Shown: one piece after another, positions 45,934-55,400 of the stretch
How positions within the stretch are numbered: position 1 is the first letter of the stretch
Layout: every line of letters begins with the position of its first letter
Source of the DNA: Deltaproteobacteria bacterium
GTDB lineage: Bacteria > Desulfobacterota > Deferrimicrobia > Deferrimicrobiales > Deferrimicrobiaceae
Length of the DNA: 64,000 bases
Assembly (NCBI GenBank): GCA_016220005.1
Contig: JACRIV010000027.1
Coordinates: forward strand, 11,151 to 75,150
Reading direction: 5' to 3'
The notes under the pieces: model-generated
The model's input: the letters and a program-made list of their open reading frames with translations, nothing else
Databases searched by the model: none
Told to the model about the DNA's origin: nothing
Translations under genes and position numbers: made by a program

Positions 45934-46869
45934 ATGCGTGAATCGTCCCGCAGGACGCGTCTTCCCCTTCTCTTCCTGTTTCTCCTCCTCTTCGCCGCGC
46001 CCGTCCCGGCCCTGGGAGTCGAGCCGACCGCCGGGAAGGTCTTCCTCTGGAAGGCGCAGTCCAACAGGGGCGTCGCTTATATCCTGGGGTCGATCCATTT
46101 CATGAAAAGGGAGATGTACCCGCTGGACGGGAGGATCGAGGCGGCCTATGCCGGGTCAAGCGTGCTGGCGGTCGAGACCGACATCAGAGCCCGGGGCAAG
46201 GAGGGGCTGGGGAAGTTCGTCATGGAGAACGCCCTGTACCCGGAAAACGATGCGCTCGAGAAGCACCTCTCCCCGGAAACCTACGACCTCGTCCGGCGGA
46301 AGCTCTCCGACCTGGGGATGGCCCGGGTGAACAGGATGAAGCCGTGGGCGCTGGCCTTGACGGCGACCACGATCGAATACATGAAGATGGGCCTCGACCC
46401 CGAATACGGGATCGACCGCTATTTCCTCGAAAAGGCGGACGGCCGGAAGAAGATCGTCGAGCTCGAGGCGTATGATTACGTGGTCAATCTCCTGAACGGC
46501 CTGCCGGACGGGATTCAGGACCTCTTCCTCTTCTACACGCTCACCGACCTCGCGAAGGTCGGGAAGGAGATCGACGACATCATCGCCTATTGGAGCGCGG
46601 GGGACGCGCGCGGGATGGAGTCGGTGGTCTTCGAGAGCGTGAACGAATACCCGAAGCTGCGGCCGGTCTACGAAATCCTGGTCTCCCGGAGGAACCGGGA
46701 CATGGCTTCGAAGATCGAGGAGTACCTAAGGCGGGGAGAGCGCTGCTTCGCCGTTGTGGGCGCCGGCCACCTGGTGGGCAGGGACGGGATCATCGAGCTG
46801 CTGAGAGCGAAGGGGTACGCCGTCGAGCAGCTAGGGACGGTCCTGGAGAACGACGTGGCAGGACCATAA
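45934..46869 (+). CDS. TraB/GumN family protein
   Basis: Real start MRESSRRTRLPLLFLFLLLFAAPVPALG (signal peptide; ATG 45934). Family core ...LWKAQSNRGVAYILGSIHFMKREMYPL...CFAVVGAGHLVGRDGIIELLRAKGY. Confidence 0.75.
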   Translation: MRESSRRTRLPLLFLFLLLFAAPVPALGVEPTAGKVFLWKAQSNRGVAYILGSIHFMKREMYPLDGRIEAAYAGSSVLAVETDIRARGKEGLGKFVMENALYPENDALEKHLSPETYDLVRRKLSDLGMARVNRMKPWALALTATTIEYMKMGLDPEYGIDRYFLEKADGRKKIVELEAYDYVVNLLNGLPDGIQDLFLFYTLTDLAKVGKEIDDIIAYWSAGDARGMESVVFESVNEYPKLRPVYEILVSRRNRDMASKIEEYLRRGERCFAVVGAGHLVGRDGIIELLRAKGYAVEQLGTVLENDVAGP

Positions 46870-46886
46870 AGCCCGCAGCCACACAC

Positions 46887-48257
46887 TTACCCCACCTCGT
46901 CGTAGGGGCGCAGTCGGAAGGCGACCCCTTCGATCGACTCGGCCAGGCGCCGCGCGGCCTTTTGGTCCAGGGCGGGCAAGGCCACGGCAGTGGCCGTGAC
47001 GGAAGGGACGTGGCGCGGCGCTTCCCGGAGGAAGTCGAGCAGGGCGGGGAAGGACGCGGTCCCGTAGCGGCTTGGGCAGATCCTTGCATAGGTCTCCGCG
47101 TCCGGGGCGTTCAGCGACACGGAGAGGGCGTCCACGAGGCCGGCAAGCTCCGGCAGCACGTTTCGGCCATGAACCAGGTTCGCCAGCCCGTCCGTGTTGA
47201 TACGGATCCTCGCCCCCTTGTGTTTGAGCGCCTTCGCGATCGCCTTGACGTCCTCGAGCCGGAGCAGCGGCTCCCCGAACCCGCAGAAGACGATCTCCTC
47301 GTACCGCGTCGGGTCGCCCACCTCCGCGAGGACTTCTGCAACGGACGGCTCCCCCGGCAGCTTGAGGTAGTGCCCCTTGACGTAGTAGTCGTCCCGCTTC
47401 GCGCAGAAGACGCAGGCGTTGGTGCACCGGTTGGTGATGTTCAGGTAAAGGGAGTTGCGGATCCTGTAGGCGATGCGGACCTCCTCGTCGACCGGGATGC
47501 GGAAGATCCGCTTGGCGGCAAGCGAGGTGACCCGGCCCACGTCCTCCTCGGTGACCCCCTTGATCTCGGCGATCTTCCGGGCCACAAGGGGGACGAAGGC
47601 GGGCTCGTTCGGCTTTCCCCGGTGCGGGACGGGCGCAAGGAACGGACAGTCGGTCTCGATGAGGAGCTTCGCAAGGGGGATCCGACGGACCGCCTCCGCC
47701 TGCTTCTCGGAGCCCTTGTAGGTGATCGCCCCGGGGATGGAGATGAGGAAGTTCATGGCGATCGCCTTCCGCGCCATCTCGAGGTCCCCCGAGAAGCAGT
47801 GGATGATACCGCCCACCTCGGCGGCCTTTTCTTCCGCCAGGATGGCGAGGATCTCGTCGTGGGCGTCCCGGTCGTGGACGATGACCGGGAGGCGCCTGCG
47901 GCGGGCCAGCCGGACCTGCTCGCGGAAGGCGGCCCGCTGGGCGTCGCGGGGGGACCGGTCGCGGAAGAAGTCGAGCCCCGTCTCGCCGATCCCGACCACC
48001 TTGTCGCAGCGGGAAAGGCGGTCGAGGCGCTCCACGAGAATGTCGGAGCACTCGGAGGCGTCGTGCGGGTGCAGTCCCACGGCGGCGTAGACGCCCGCGT
48101 GGCGGTGGGCGATCGCGATCGCCTTCTCGTCGCTGCGGGGGTGGATGCCGATCGTGACGATGTGGGCGACGCCGGCCTCCCGGGCGCGGCGCACGACCTC
48201 CTCCTCCGCGTCGCACAGCGGCTCGAGGTCCAGGTGGGCGTGGGAGTCAAAAAACAT
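46887..48257 (-). CDS. TatD-family metal-dependent hydrolase fused to a C-terminal radical SAM domain
   Basis: N-terminal MFFDSHAHLDL...GIGETGLDFF...IHCFSG...IETDCPFL (TatD). C-terminal ...NITNRCTNACVFCAKRD...EIVFCGFGEPLL (CxxxCxxC radical SAM). ATG 48257. The ORF-track upstream extension translates repeat B2 and was rejected. Confidence 0.75.
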   Translation of the reverse strand: MFFDSHAHLDLEPLCDAEEEVVRRAREAGVAHIVTIGIHPRSDEKAIAIAHRHAGVYAAVGLHPHDASECSDILVERLDRLSRCDKVVGIGETGLDFFRDRSPRDAQRAAFREQVRLARRRRLPVIVHDRDAHDEILAILAEEKAAEVGGIIHCFSGDLEMARKAIAMNFLISIPGAITYKGSEKQAEAVRRIPLAKLLIETDCPFLAPVPHRGKPNEPAFVPLVARKIAEIKGVTEEDVGRVTSLAAKRIFRIPVDEEVRIAYRIRNSLYLNITNRCTNACVFCAKRDDYYVKGHYLKLPGEPSVAEVLAEVGDPTRYEEIVFCGFGEPLLRLEDVKAIAKALKHKGARIRINTDGLANLVHGRNVLPELAGLVDALSVSLNAPDAETYARICPSRYGTASFPALLDFLREAPRHVPSVTATAVALPALDQKAARRLAESIEGVAFRLRPYDEVG

Positions 48258-48280
48258 CTGCGCTTCCCGCCCGCGGGCAA

Positions 48281-48440
48281 GCCGCCGCAACGGGATGCCC
48301 TTCGCGGGGGTCTGAGCGACGAAGTGAGAGCCAGGGATGGCGGAACGAGGAGCGACGAAGCCGCCGCCCGCCCAGGGACGGACGGGCAAGGCGTCCCCCG
48401 CGAGGGGTATCCCGTGAGGCGAGCATAGCACGCGGGCTGC
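48281..48440. repeat. Intergenic repeat family B, copy 2
   Basis: ~93% identical to 38323-38482 over ~160 nt, in the same plus-strand orientation. It lies between the tatD-rSAM start and the metG stop. Confidence 0.6.
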
Positions 48441-48476
48441 GCTCCGCCGGCGTAACGGACTCCGGCATCGGCGGCT

Positions 48477-50009
48477 CTACTCTTCGATTCGGGGGAAGGC
48501 GACGGCGGACTTCGGGAGGGTCACGCCGGACCGGAGGCCCCCCCACGCGCCCGCGGAGGAAACGAGCGCCTTCGCCACCTCGCCCTCGCAGCCGAGCGCC
48601 TCCCACATCTTCTGCGCGGCGGTGGGGACGACGGGGGCGGCAAGGAGCACGCAGATCCGCGCGGCCTCCAGGATGTTGTAGAGGACCGTCCCGAGGCGTT
48701 CCCGGTCGGCGGGGGATTTCGCGAGCGTCCACGGGGATTGGGCTTCCACGTACCGGTTGGCGGCCTTCACGAGGTCCCACACGGCGGAGAGCGCCTTGTG
48801 GAATTCCACATTCTCCATCGCGGCGTCCACGGCGGAGAGCACCTCCCGCGACAGGGCGATGAGCGCGAGGTCCTCCTCCCCGGCGAGGGAGGGGGCGGGC
48901 ACCGTTCCGCCGAAATATTTCCCCAGCATCCCCAGGGTCCGGTTCAGGAGGTTCCCGAAATCGTTGGCCAGGTCCGAGTTGATCCGGTGCACCATGGCCT
49001 TCTTCGAGAAGTCGCCGTCGAGCCCGAAAGGGACCTCCCGGAGGAGGAAGTACCGGAACGCGTCCGCCCCGTAGGTCTCCACCATCTGGTAGGGGTCGAC
49101 GACGTTCCCCAGGGACTTGCTCATCTTCCGGCCTTCGACGGTCCACCAGCCGTGCGCGAACACGCCCAGGGGCGGGGCGACCCCCGCCGACATCAGGAAC
49201 GCGGGCCAGTACACGGCGTGGAACCGGAGGATGTCCTTCCCCACCATGTGGATGTCCGCCGGCCAGAAGGTCTCGAAATTTTCTCCGCCGTCCGGGTGCC
49301 CCACTCCGGTGACGTAGTTCGTAAGCGCGTCGTACCATACGTAGATCACGTGCCCCGGGTGCCCGGGGATCGGGATCCCCCAGGCGAGGGAGGTTCGGGA
49401 GACCGAAAGATCGTTCAAGCCCCCCTCCACGAAGGCGACGACCTCGTTCCGGCGGCTCTCCGGCCGGATGAAGGCGGGGTTCTTCTCGTAGTAGTCGAGG
49501 AGCGGTTCTTGGTACTTCGAGAGGCGGAAGAAGAAGGAGGGCTCCTTCCGCTTCTCCACGGGCCGCCCGCAGTCGGGGCACTTCCCGTCGACGATCTGCA
49601 GGTCGGTCCAGTACGACTCGCAGGGGGTGCAGTACCATCCCTCGTACTCGCCGAGGTAGATGTCCCCGTTGCCCAGCGACTTCCGGAAGAGATCCTGGAC
49701 GGACGCGTAGTGCCTCGGCTCCGTGGTGCGGATGAAGTCGTCGTTGGAGATGTGCAGCGCCGGGGTCAGGCCCTGGAACCTTGTGACCACGCGGTCGGCC
49801 AGCTCGCGGGGGGCCAGCCCTTGACGTGCGGCGGTCTTCTGGACCTTCTCCCCGTGCTCGTCGGTCCCCGTGAGGAAGAACACCTTCTGCCCTTTCATCC
49901 GGTGGTATCGGGCGAGGACGTCGGCGGCGATCGTGGTGTAGGCGTGGCCGATGTGGGGGACGTCGTTGACGTAGTAGATCGGGGTCGTAACGTAAAACGT
50001 GGACTTCAC
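48477..50009 (-). CDS. metG: Methionine--tRNA ligase (short form lacking the C-terminal tRNA-binding extension)
   Basis: GTG 50009 (preceded by GAAGGAG) gives (M)KSTFYVTTPIYYVNDVPHIGHAYTTIAADVLARYHRM with the HIGH motif, then zinc knuckle CPDCGRPV and KMSKS. The GTG overlaps the TGA of the upstream PSP1 gene (GTGA). The ORF-track N-terminal 233 aa were rejected. Confidence 0.9.
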   Translation of the reverse strand: MKSTFYVTTPIYYVNDVPHIGHAYTTIAADVLARYHRMKGQKVFFLTGTDEHGEKVQKTAARQGLAPRELADRVVTRFQGLTPALHISNDDFIRTTEPRHYASVQDLFRKSLGNGDIYLGEYEGWYCTPCESYWTDLQIVDGKCPDCGRPVEKRKEPSFFFRLSKYQEPLLDYYEKNPAFIRPESRRNEVVAFVEGGLNDLSVSRTSLAWGIPIPGHPGHVIYVWYDALTNYVTGVGHPDGGENFETFWPADIHMVGKDILRFHAVYWPAFLMSAGVAPPLGVFAHGWWTVEGRKMSKSLGNVVDPYQMVETYGADAFRYFLLREVPFGLDGDFSKKAMVHRINSDLANDFGNLLNRTLGMLGKYFGGTVPAPSLAGEEDLALIALSREVLSAVDAAMENVEFHKALSAVWDLVKAANRYVEAQSPWTLAKSPADRERLGTVLYNILEAARICVLLAAPVVPTAAQKMWEALGCEGEVAKALVSSAGAWGGLRSGVTLPKSAVAFPRIEE

Positions 50010-50761
50010 GATGCTCCTTCCTCCTCGTCGCCGAAGCGGAAGGAGAGCTCGTCGCCCTCCCCGGCGTCGGGAGGGGGAGGCGCCTCCCCGCGGGCCGCGG
50101 CGCACGTCTCGCAGGACTTGGGCCTGGCGTAGGATTCGTGCTCGTAGATGAGGCAGCACATGAGCCGGCCGCAGACGCCCGACAGCTTCGCGGGATTCAG
50201 GGCCAGCTTCTGGTCCTTGGCCATCTTCACCGTGATGGGCTCGAAGTCGTTGAGGAAGGCGGCGCAGCAGAGATTCTTGCCGCACGGCCCGATCCCCCCG
50301 ACCACCCGCGCCTCGTCCCGGACGCCGATCTGCCGCATCTCGATGCGGGTCCGGAGTTCGTGGGCCAGGTCCTTGACCAGCTCCCGGAAGTCGATGCGGC
50401 CGTCGGCGGTGAAGTAGAAGATCGCCTTGCTCCTGTCGAGGAGCACCTCGGTCCGCGCCAGCTTCATGGGGAGCTGCCTCGCCTCGATCCGCTTCAGGCA
50501 GAAGGCGTGCGCCTCGGCCTCGCGCCGGGCGTTCTCCTGGTGGGCGTGGACGTCGTCGCCCGTCGCGGCCCGGACGACCTTTGCATACTGGAGCTTCCGC
50601 CCGGCGGGAGCGTGGCCCTCGATCCGCTGGACGACCTCGCCCAGCACCGCCCCCCGCTCGGTCTGCACGACCACGTAGTCCCCTTTCTTCAAGGGGGTTC
50701 CCGTGCAATCGTAGTGGTGCATCTTGCAGATGCCTCGGAGCCTTACACCAGCCAGATCCAT
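50006..50761 (-). CDS. PSP1 C-terminal domain protein (YaaT/RicT-like)
   Basis: Starts MDLAGVRLRGICKMHHYDCTG...KGDYVVVQTERGAVLGEV..., the PSP1 family pattern, with a Cys-rich tail. It sits between holB and metG as in Bacillus (holB-yaaT). ATG 50761 is 5 nt after the holB stop. Confidence 0.75.
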   Translation of the reverse strand: MDLAGVRLRGICKMHHYDCTGTPLKKGDYVVVQTERGAVLGEVVQRIEGHAPAGRKLQYAKVVRAATGDDVHAHQENARREAEAHAFCLKRIEARQLPMKLARTEVLLDRSKAIFYFTADGRIDFRELVKDLAHELRTRIEMRQIGVRDEARVVGGIGPCGKNLCCAAFLNDFEPITVKMAKDQKLALNPAKLSGVCGRLMCCLIYEHESYARPKSCETCAAARGEAPPPPDAGEGDELSFRFGDEEEGAS

Positions 50762-50765
50762 CGTT

Positions 50766-51746
50766 TCAATCCTTTTTGTGCACGCCAAATAAAAATGCCT
50801 CCATCGCCAGCCGCTTCTGGGCCTGGGGAGGCAGGCGGGACATGGAGAGCAGCGCCTGGAACGCGCCGGCCCACCCGTAAGGGCTCTTCCGGCCGGCTAT
50901 GGCGCCGAGCATGTCCCGGAAATCTTCGTTTATTATATCCGTTCTCACTCCCGAAGATAAGAGGGCGAGGTCCCGGACGAGGGAGAGCGGGACCGCGATC
51001 TGCCCCTTGCGCTCCCCCGTCTTCTTCCACGCCTCTCCCGCCGCTGCGATCCCCGCGGGGTCCATGCGGGAGAACAGGCCTACCCACGCCTGGCGCTCTT
51101 CCCCCGTCTCTTCGAGCAGCAGGAGCGCCCGGCCCGGGCTTCCCCCGGCGCAGGCCGCTGCGGCCCGGACCTCAACGGGGTCGTACCGCTTCCCCACGGA
51201 GGGGATTCCCCGGAGGATCTCCACCACTTCCTCCGGAGGGAGCGTGGCGAAGGGGACCTTCTGGCAGCGCGAGATGATCGTGGGAGGGAGCTCCGAAAGC
51301 CTGTGGGCGACGAGCACGAGATGCGTGGACGGCGGGGGCTCCTCGAGCGTCTTGAGCAGGGCATTCGCCGCTTGGAGGGTCATGCGGTCCGCCGGGCAGA
51401 TGAGCGCCGCCCGGGGCCTCTCGGAGAACGCCTTGAGGGACAGCTCCTCCTTCAGCGCTCGGATCTCCGCGATCTGGATGAAGTGGTTCTCCGGCGAGAC
51501 GCGCAGGAGGTTGGGGTGGGCCCCGGAGGCGAAGCGGCGGCATTCGGGGCATCCCCCGCACGCGCCGTCGGCCGTCCGGCGGCGGCAGAAGAGGGCGCCG
51601 ATGAAGGCCATGGCCGCCTTCTCCTTGCCGATACCCTCCTCGCCGAAGAAGAGAAGCCCGGGGGGGACCATCCCCGACGCAAGGTAGCGGCGCAGGAGGG
51701 CGACCGCCCGGTCCTGCCCCCGGATGGCGGAAAGGGGCTCTACCAT
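50766..51746 (-). CDS. holB: DNA polymerase III subunit delta'
   Basis: AAA+-like ...GLLFFGEEGIGKEKAAMAFIGALFC with zinc module CGGCPECRRF and ...TLEEPPPSTHLVLVAHRLSELPPTIISRCQKV. Overlaps the tmk stop by 7 nt. Confidence 0.75.
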   Translation of the reverse strand: MVEPLSAIRGQDRAVALLRRYLASGMVPPGLLFFGEEGIGKEKAAMAFIGALFCRRRTADGACGGCPECRRFASGAHPNLLRVSPENHFIQIAEIRALKEELSLKAFSERPRAALICPADRMTLQAANALLKTLEEPPPSTHLVLVAHRLSELPPTIISRCQKVPFATLPPEEVVEILRGIPSVGKRYDPVEVRAAAACAGGSPGRALLLLEETGEERQAWVGLFSRMDPAGIAAAGEAWKKTGERKGQIAVPLSLVRDLALLSSGVRTDIINEDFRDMLGAIAGRKSPYGWAGAFQALLSMSRLPPQAQKRLAMEAFLFGVHKKD

Positions 51747-52366
51747 CCGAAGCGGGCCTCCGCAGCCTCCCGCACGAGGCGGAAGACCTCGTTCGGCGGG
51801 GGAGCACCGTTGAGCAGGATGAACCGTTCGGGAGCCCGCGACGTCATGGTCAGGTACCCTTGGCGGACCTTCCGGTGGAACTCCATTTTCTCCGACTCGA
51901 TCCTGTCAGGCCGGGTCCCACGGCCTCGGAGGCGGATAAATCCCTCCTCGGGGTCCACGTCGAGGTAGAAAGTGAGGTTGGGAGCGAGCCCTGCGGAGGC
52001 GAAGAGGTTGAACCGGTCCACCGACTCCCGGTCAAGACCCCGCGCGAACTCCTGATACGCCGACGTCGCGTCGAAAAACCGGTCGCACAAGACCGCCCGG
52101 CCGGAGGAGAGTGCGGGAAGGATGACCGAGCGCACGTGCTGCGCCCTCGCGGCCTCGTAAAGGAGCAACTCCGTTTCCGGGAAAACAGTCTCTTCGCGCG
52201 GAGACAGAAGGAGGAAGCGTATTTCGTCCGCAAGCGGAGTGCCCCCCGGCTCGCGGGTCACGACGTGCGCGATCCCCTTCGCCTTGAGGTGTTCCGAGAG
52301 CATCCGGACCTGGGTGGTCTTCCCGGACCCCTCGATCCCCTCAAACGTGACGAACGGTGCAGGCAC
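51740..52366 (-). CDS. tmk: Thymidylate kinase
   Basis: ...FVTFEGIEGSGKTTQVRMLSEHL...TREPGGTPLADEIR... (P-loop and LID region). 208 aa. Confidence 0.85.
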   Translation of the reverse strand: MPAPFVTFEGIEGSGKTTQVRMLSEHLKAKGIAHVVTREPGGTPLADEIRFLLLSPREETVFPETELLLYEAARAQHVRSVILPALSSGRAVLCDRFFDATSAYQEFARGLDRESVDRFNLFASAGLAPNLTFYLDVDPEEGFIRLRGRGTRPDRIESEKMEFHRKVRQGYLTMTSRAPERFILLNGAPPPNEVFRLVREAAEARFGW

Positions 52367-52491
52367 GCTTCATCTTTCGGGAGGACATTCATTCTGCAGG
52401 AGGCGCCCCGCTCCGCTTGATACCCCTTCCTCGCTACGCTGCGCCTCCGAATGTTCTCCCGACGCGAGTCCGTATTTATTAATCGGTGTGC

Positions 52492-55400
52492 TCAGCATTC
52501 CGAGAACCCGCACGACCGGCACTTGAGGCACCCCTCCTGCATCTCGACCTGGCTTCCGCAGTCGGGGCACGCGCCGCGCACGATCTCCCGATTCTCGCCG
52601 TCCGGGTCGCCGGACCGGAAAAGGGAGGGAGCGCCGCCGCCCGCCGGGGACGCCCCGGAGGCGGGGAGGCCCGCGAACATCTTGTCGACGTTCTCCATGT
52701 ACCATTCGATGGCCTTCGAGACCGCGTCCGCGCACGACAGGATCTTCCCGCCGTTGCCGCCCCAGGCGGGGAGGTGGCAGGAAATCCCCTTCAACTGCTT
52801 GATGATCATGTCGGGCTGGACGCCGGAGCGCAGGGCGAGAGACACGAGCCTGCCGATCGCCTCCGACTGGGAAGCGGCGCACCCGCCGGCCTTTCCCATC
52901 TGGTTGAAGATCTCGAAGATCCCGCGCTGGTCCCGGTTGATCGTGACGTAGAGCTTCCCGCAGCTCGTCTTCATCTCCTTGGTGACGCCCAGCAGGGTGT
53001 CGGGGCGGGGCCGCGGCGTGGCGTAGCCCGGCAGCGAAGCCTGAGGGGGAGCGGGTTCCGCGCCGGCCTCCTTGCGGCCGACCTCGCCGATGTTCAGCAC
53101 CTGCTCCTCGCGGCTCTTGTCCCGGTAGACGGTGACTCCCTTGCAGCCCAGCCGGCAGGCGAGGACGAAGACCTTGCGGACCTCCTCCCGGGTCGCCTCG
53201 GCGGGGAAGTTGACCGTCTTGGAGACGGCGTTGTCCACGTATTTCTGGAAGGCGGCCTGCATCCGCAGGTGCGCCTCGGGCGAGATGTCGTGGGCGGTCA
53301 CGAAGACCCGGCGGACCTCCTCCGGGATCCCTTCCACGTGGCGCAGAGAGCCCGCCCGGGAGATCTCCTCCATCTTCTCGACCGAGTAGAGGCCGCGCCG
53401 GCGCATCTCCGCCTCGAAGAGGGGATGGACCTCCACCAGGTGGTCGTTGTCCATCACGTTGCGGGTGAACGACAGGGCGAAGAGCGGCTCGATCCCGCTG
53501 CTGCAGCCGGCGATGATGCTGATCGTCCCCGTGGGGGCGATCGTCGTCGTGGTGGCGTTCCGCCGGGGGATCCCCCCCTTCTCGGGGAAGACGCTGATCC
53601 CGTAGTTCGGGAACGACCCCCGCTCGCGCGCCAGAAGGCACGAGGCGGCCGTCGACTCCTCCTGGACGAAGCTCATGACCTCCTGGCCGATCGCCAGCGC
53701 CTCGTCCGAGTCGTAGGGAACGCCGAGCCGGATCAGCATGTCGGCGAACCCCATGACCCCCAGCCCGATCTTGCGGTTGCCCATCGTCATCTGCCGGATC
53801 TCGTTCAGGGGGTAGTTGTTCATGTCGATGACGTCGTCCAGGAACCGGACCGCGTTGTGGATCATCACCTTGAGCTTCTCGTAGTCGATCCGCGTGCCGC
53901 CGTTCTCCCCCGAGATCATGTTGGCGAGGTTGACCGACCCCAAATTGCACGATTCGTAAGGCAAAAGCGGCTGCTCTCCGCATTGCAGAACGTTGACGTA
54001 GTGGTGGCAGGGGTCGCCGTCGATCTCCCCCGGGAAATGGCCGACGTAGAAATTGTGGCAGTCGTCGACGGTCCCGTTGTAGACGTCCTCCACGCCATCG
54101 GGCACGACGGCCACGACCCGGTGGTTATACGTCTTTGAGGCTCCTTTCAGCGCCTCGTAGGTAGGGAACCCGAACTCCGTGCCGAGACGCCTCGAGATCC
54201 CTTCCGCCGCACAGCGATCCTCCCACTCCTTCTTGAGCGGCATGCGGCCCGTCTCGAATTTCAATTCGAGGAGGCACTCCACCTGCCCCCGCCTCGTGTC
54301 CTCCGACCTGGCGGCGTAGGCGCCCCGCACGCCTTCGGCGATCTTCCGGCGGATCCCCGAATCGCCGTTGTGTCGGGACAGGCAGCACGCCCTCGTGCAG
54401 AACGATTGCTCCCGCCGGCTCCATTCCACCGAGAACGCCTTGCCGCAGTGTTCGCACGTTCGTTCCACCATGACGACGTTGTCGTCGAGGAAGCAGCGGA
54501 GATCGGTAGCGCCCTGGCACTCTTCAAGCTTTCTTAGCGCCCGCCCGCGGATTCCTTCCATGAACGCATCGCGGGTCCCGGCCATGGCCGTTCTCACGGC
54601 CTCGACGTGACGGGCACGGAAGCCTTCGTCCATGAAGCGAACCGTCGTCGCGGACCCGATTCGAGCCTTGGTTGCCTCGCCGCGCGTGGCACCGACATGG
54701 TGCTTCAGCCGCAATTCCTGCTGCCTGACGGGGTCGTTCATCCAATTCTTTTCGGGGAAGCGCCGCATCGGGTTCTTTTCCCCTTCGCGGTCCTTCGAAT
54801 GGTGCCTGTCGTGCGCCTCCTTCGTCATGACGGCGAGGTTGGCCGGGTCGTTGTTGAGACCGTCGTAATCGCGATGGTGGACCACGTGCCTGCGCCAATC
54901 GAGGCTCTTGCCGGCCTGCCGGCGATGGTGGAAGTTGGCGATGAGCCGGTGCTCGAGCTCCCAACTCGGGCGGTCGGTCGTGGAAACCCACCGGTAGGGT
55001 TGGGGGCTTCCGCTCGAGTGCGGCAGCAGCTTTTCGAACGAGGACGTGCGGCGAGTCATGAGGCTGAGGCTGTCACCCGGAACAAGGTCCTGTGCCTCCT
55101 TGACGCGGCCGTCGGAAAGGACGAACCGGTGGTTCTCCGTGACGCGCAGGAAGCTGCCGTCGTCGAGCGTGACCTTGAGGATCGGCTTGCGCCGGCCGGT
55201 GACGCGCGGATTCCGCATCGTCCGCACCGTGGCCCGGCCTTTCTCGTTACGGCAGAAGACCGGCACGTCCTTCCCTTCCTCGGCGAGCTGGCGGATGGGC
55301 ACGGCGCCGCGGCCGTCGGCCACTGCGACGAGCATTTCGCCCGTAAGGCAGGGGTTCGTGCTCTCGATGGCCCCGAGCTTGGGAGTGGGGTTGTCCCGGT

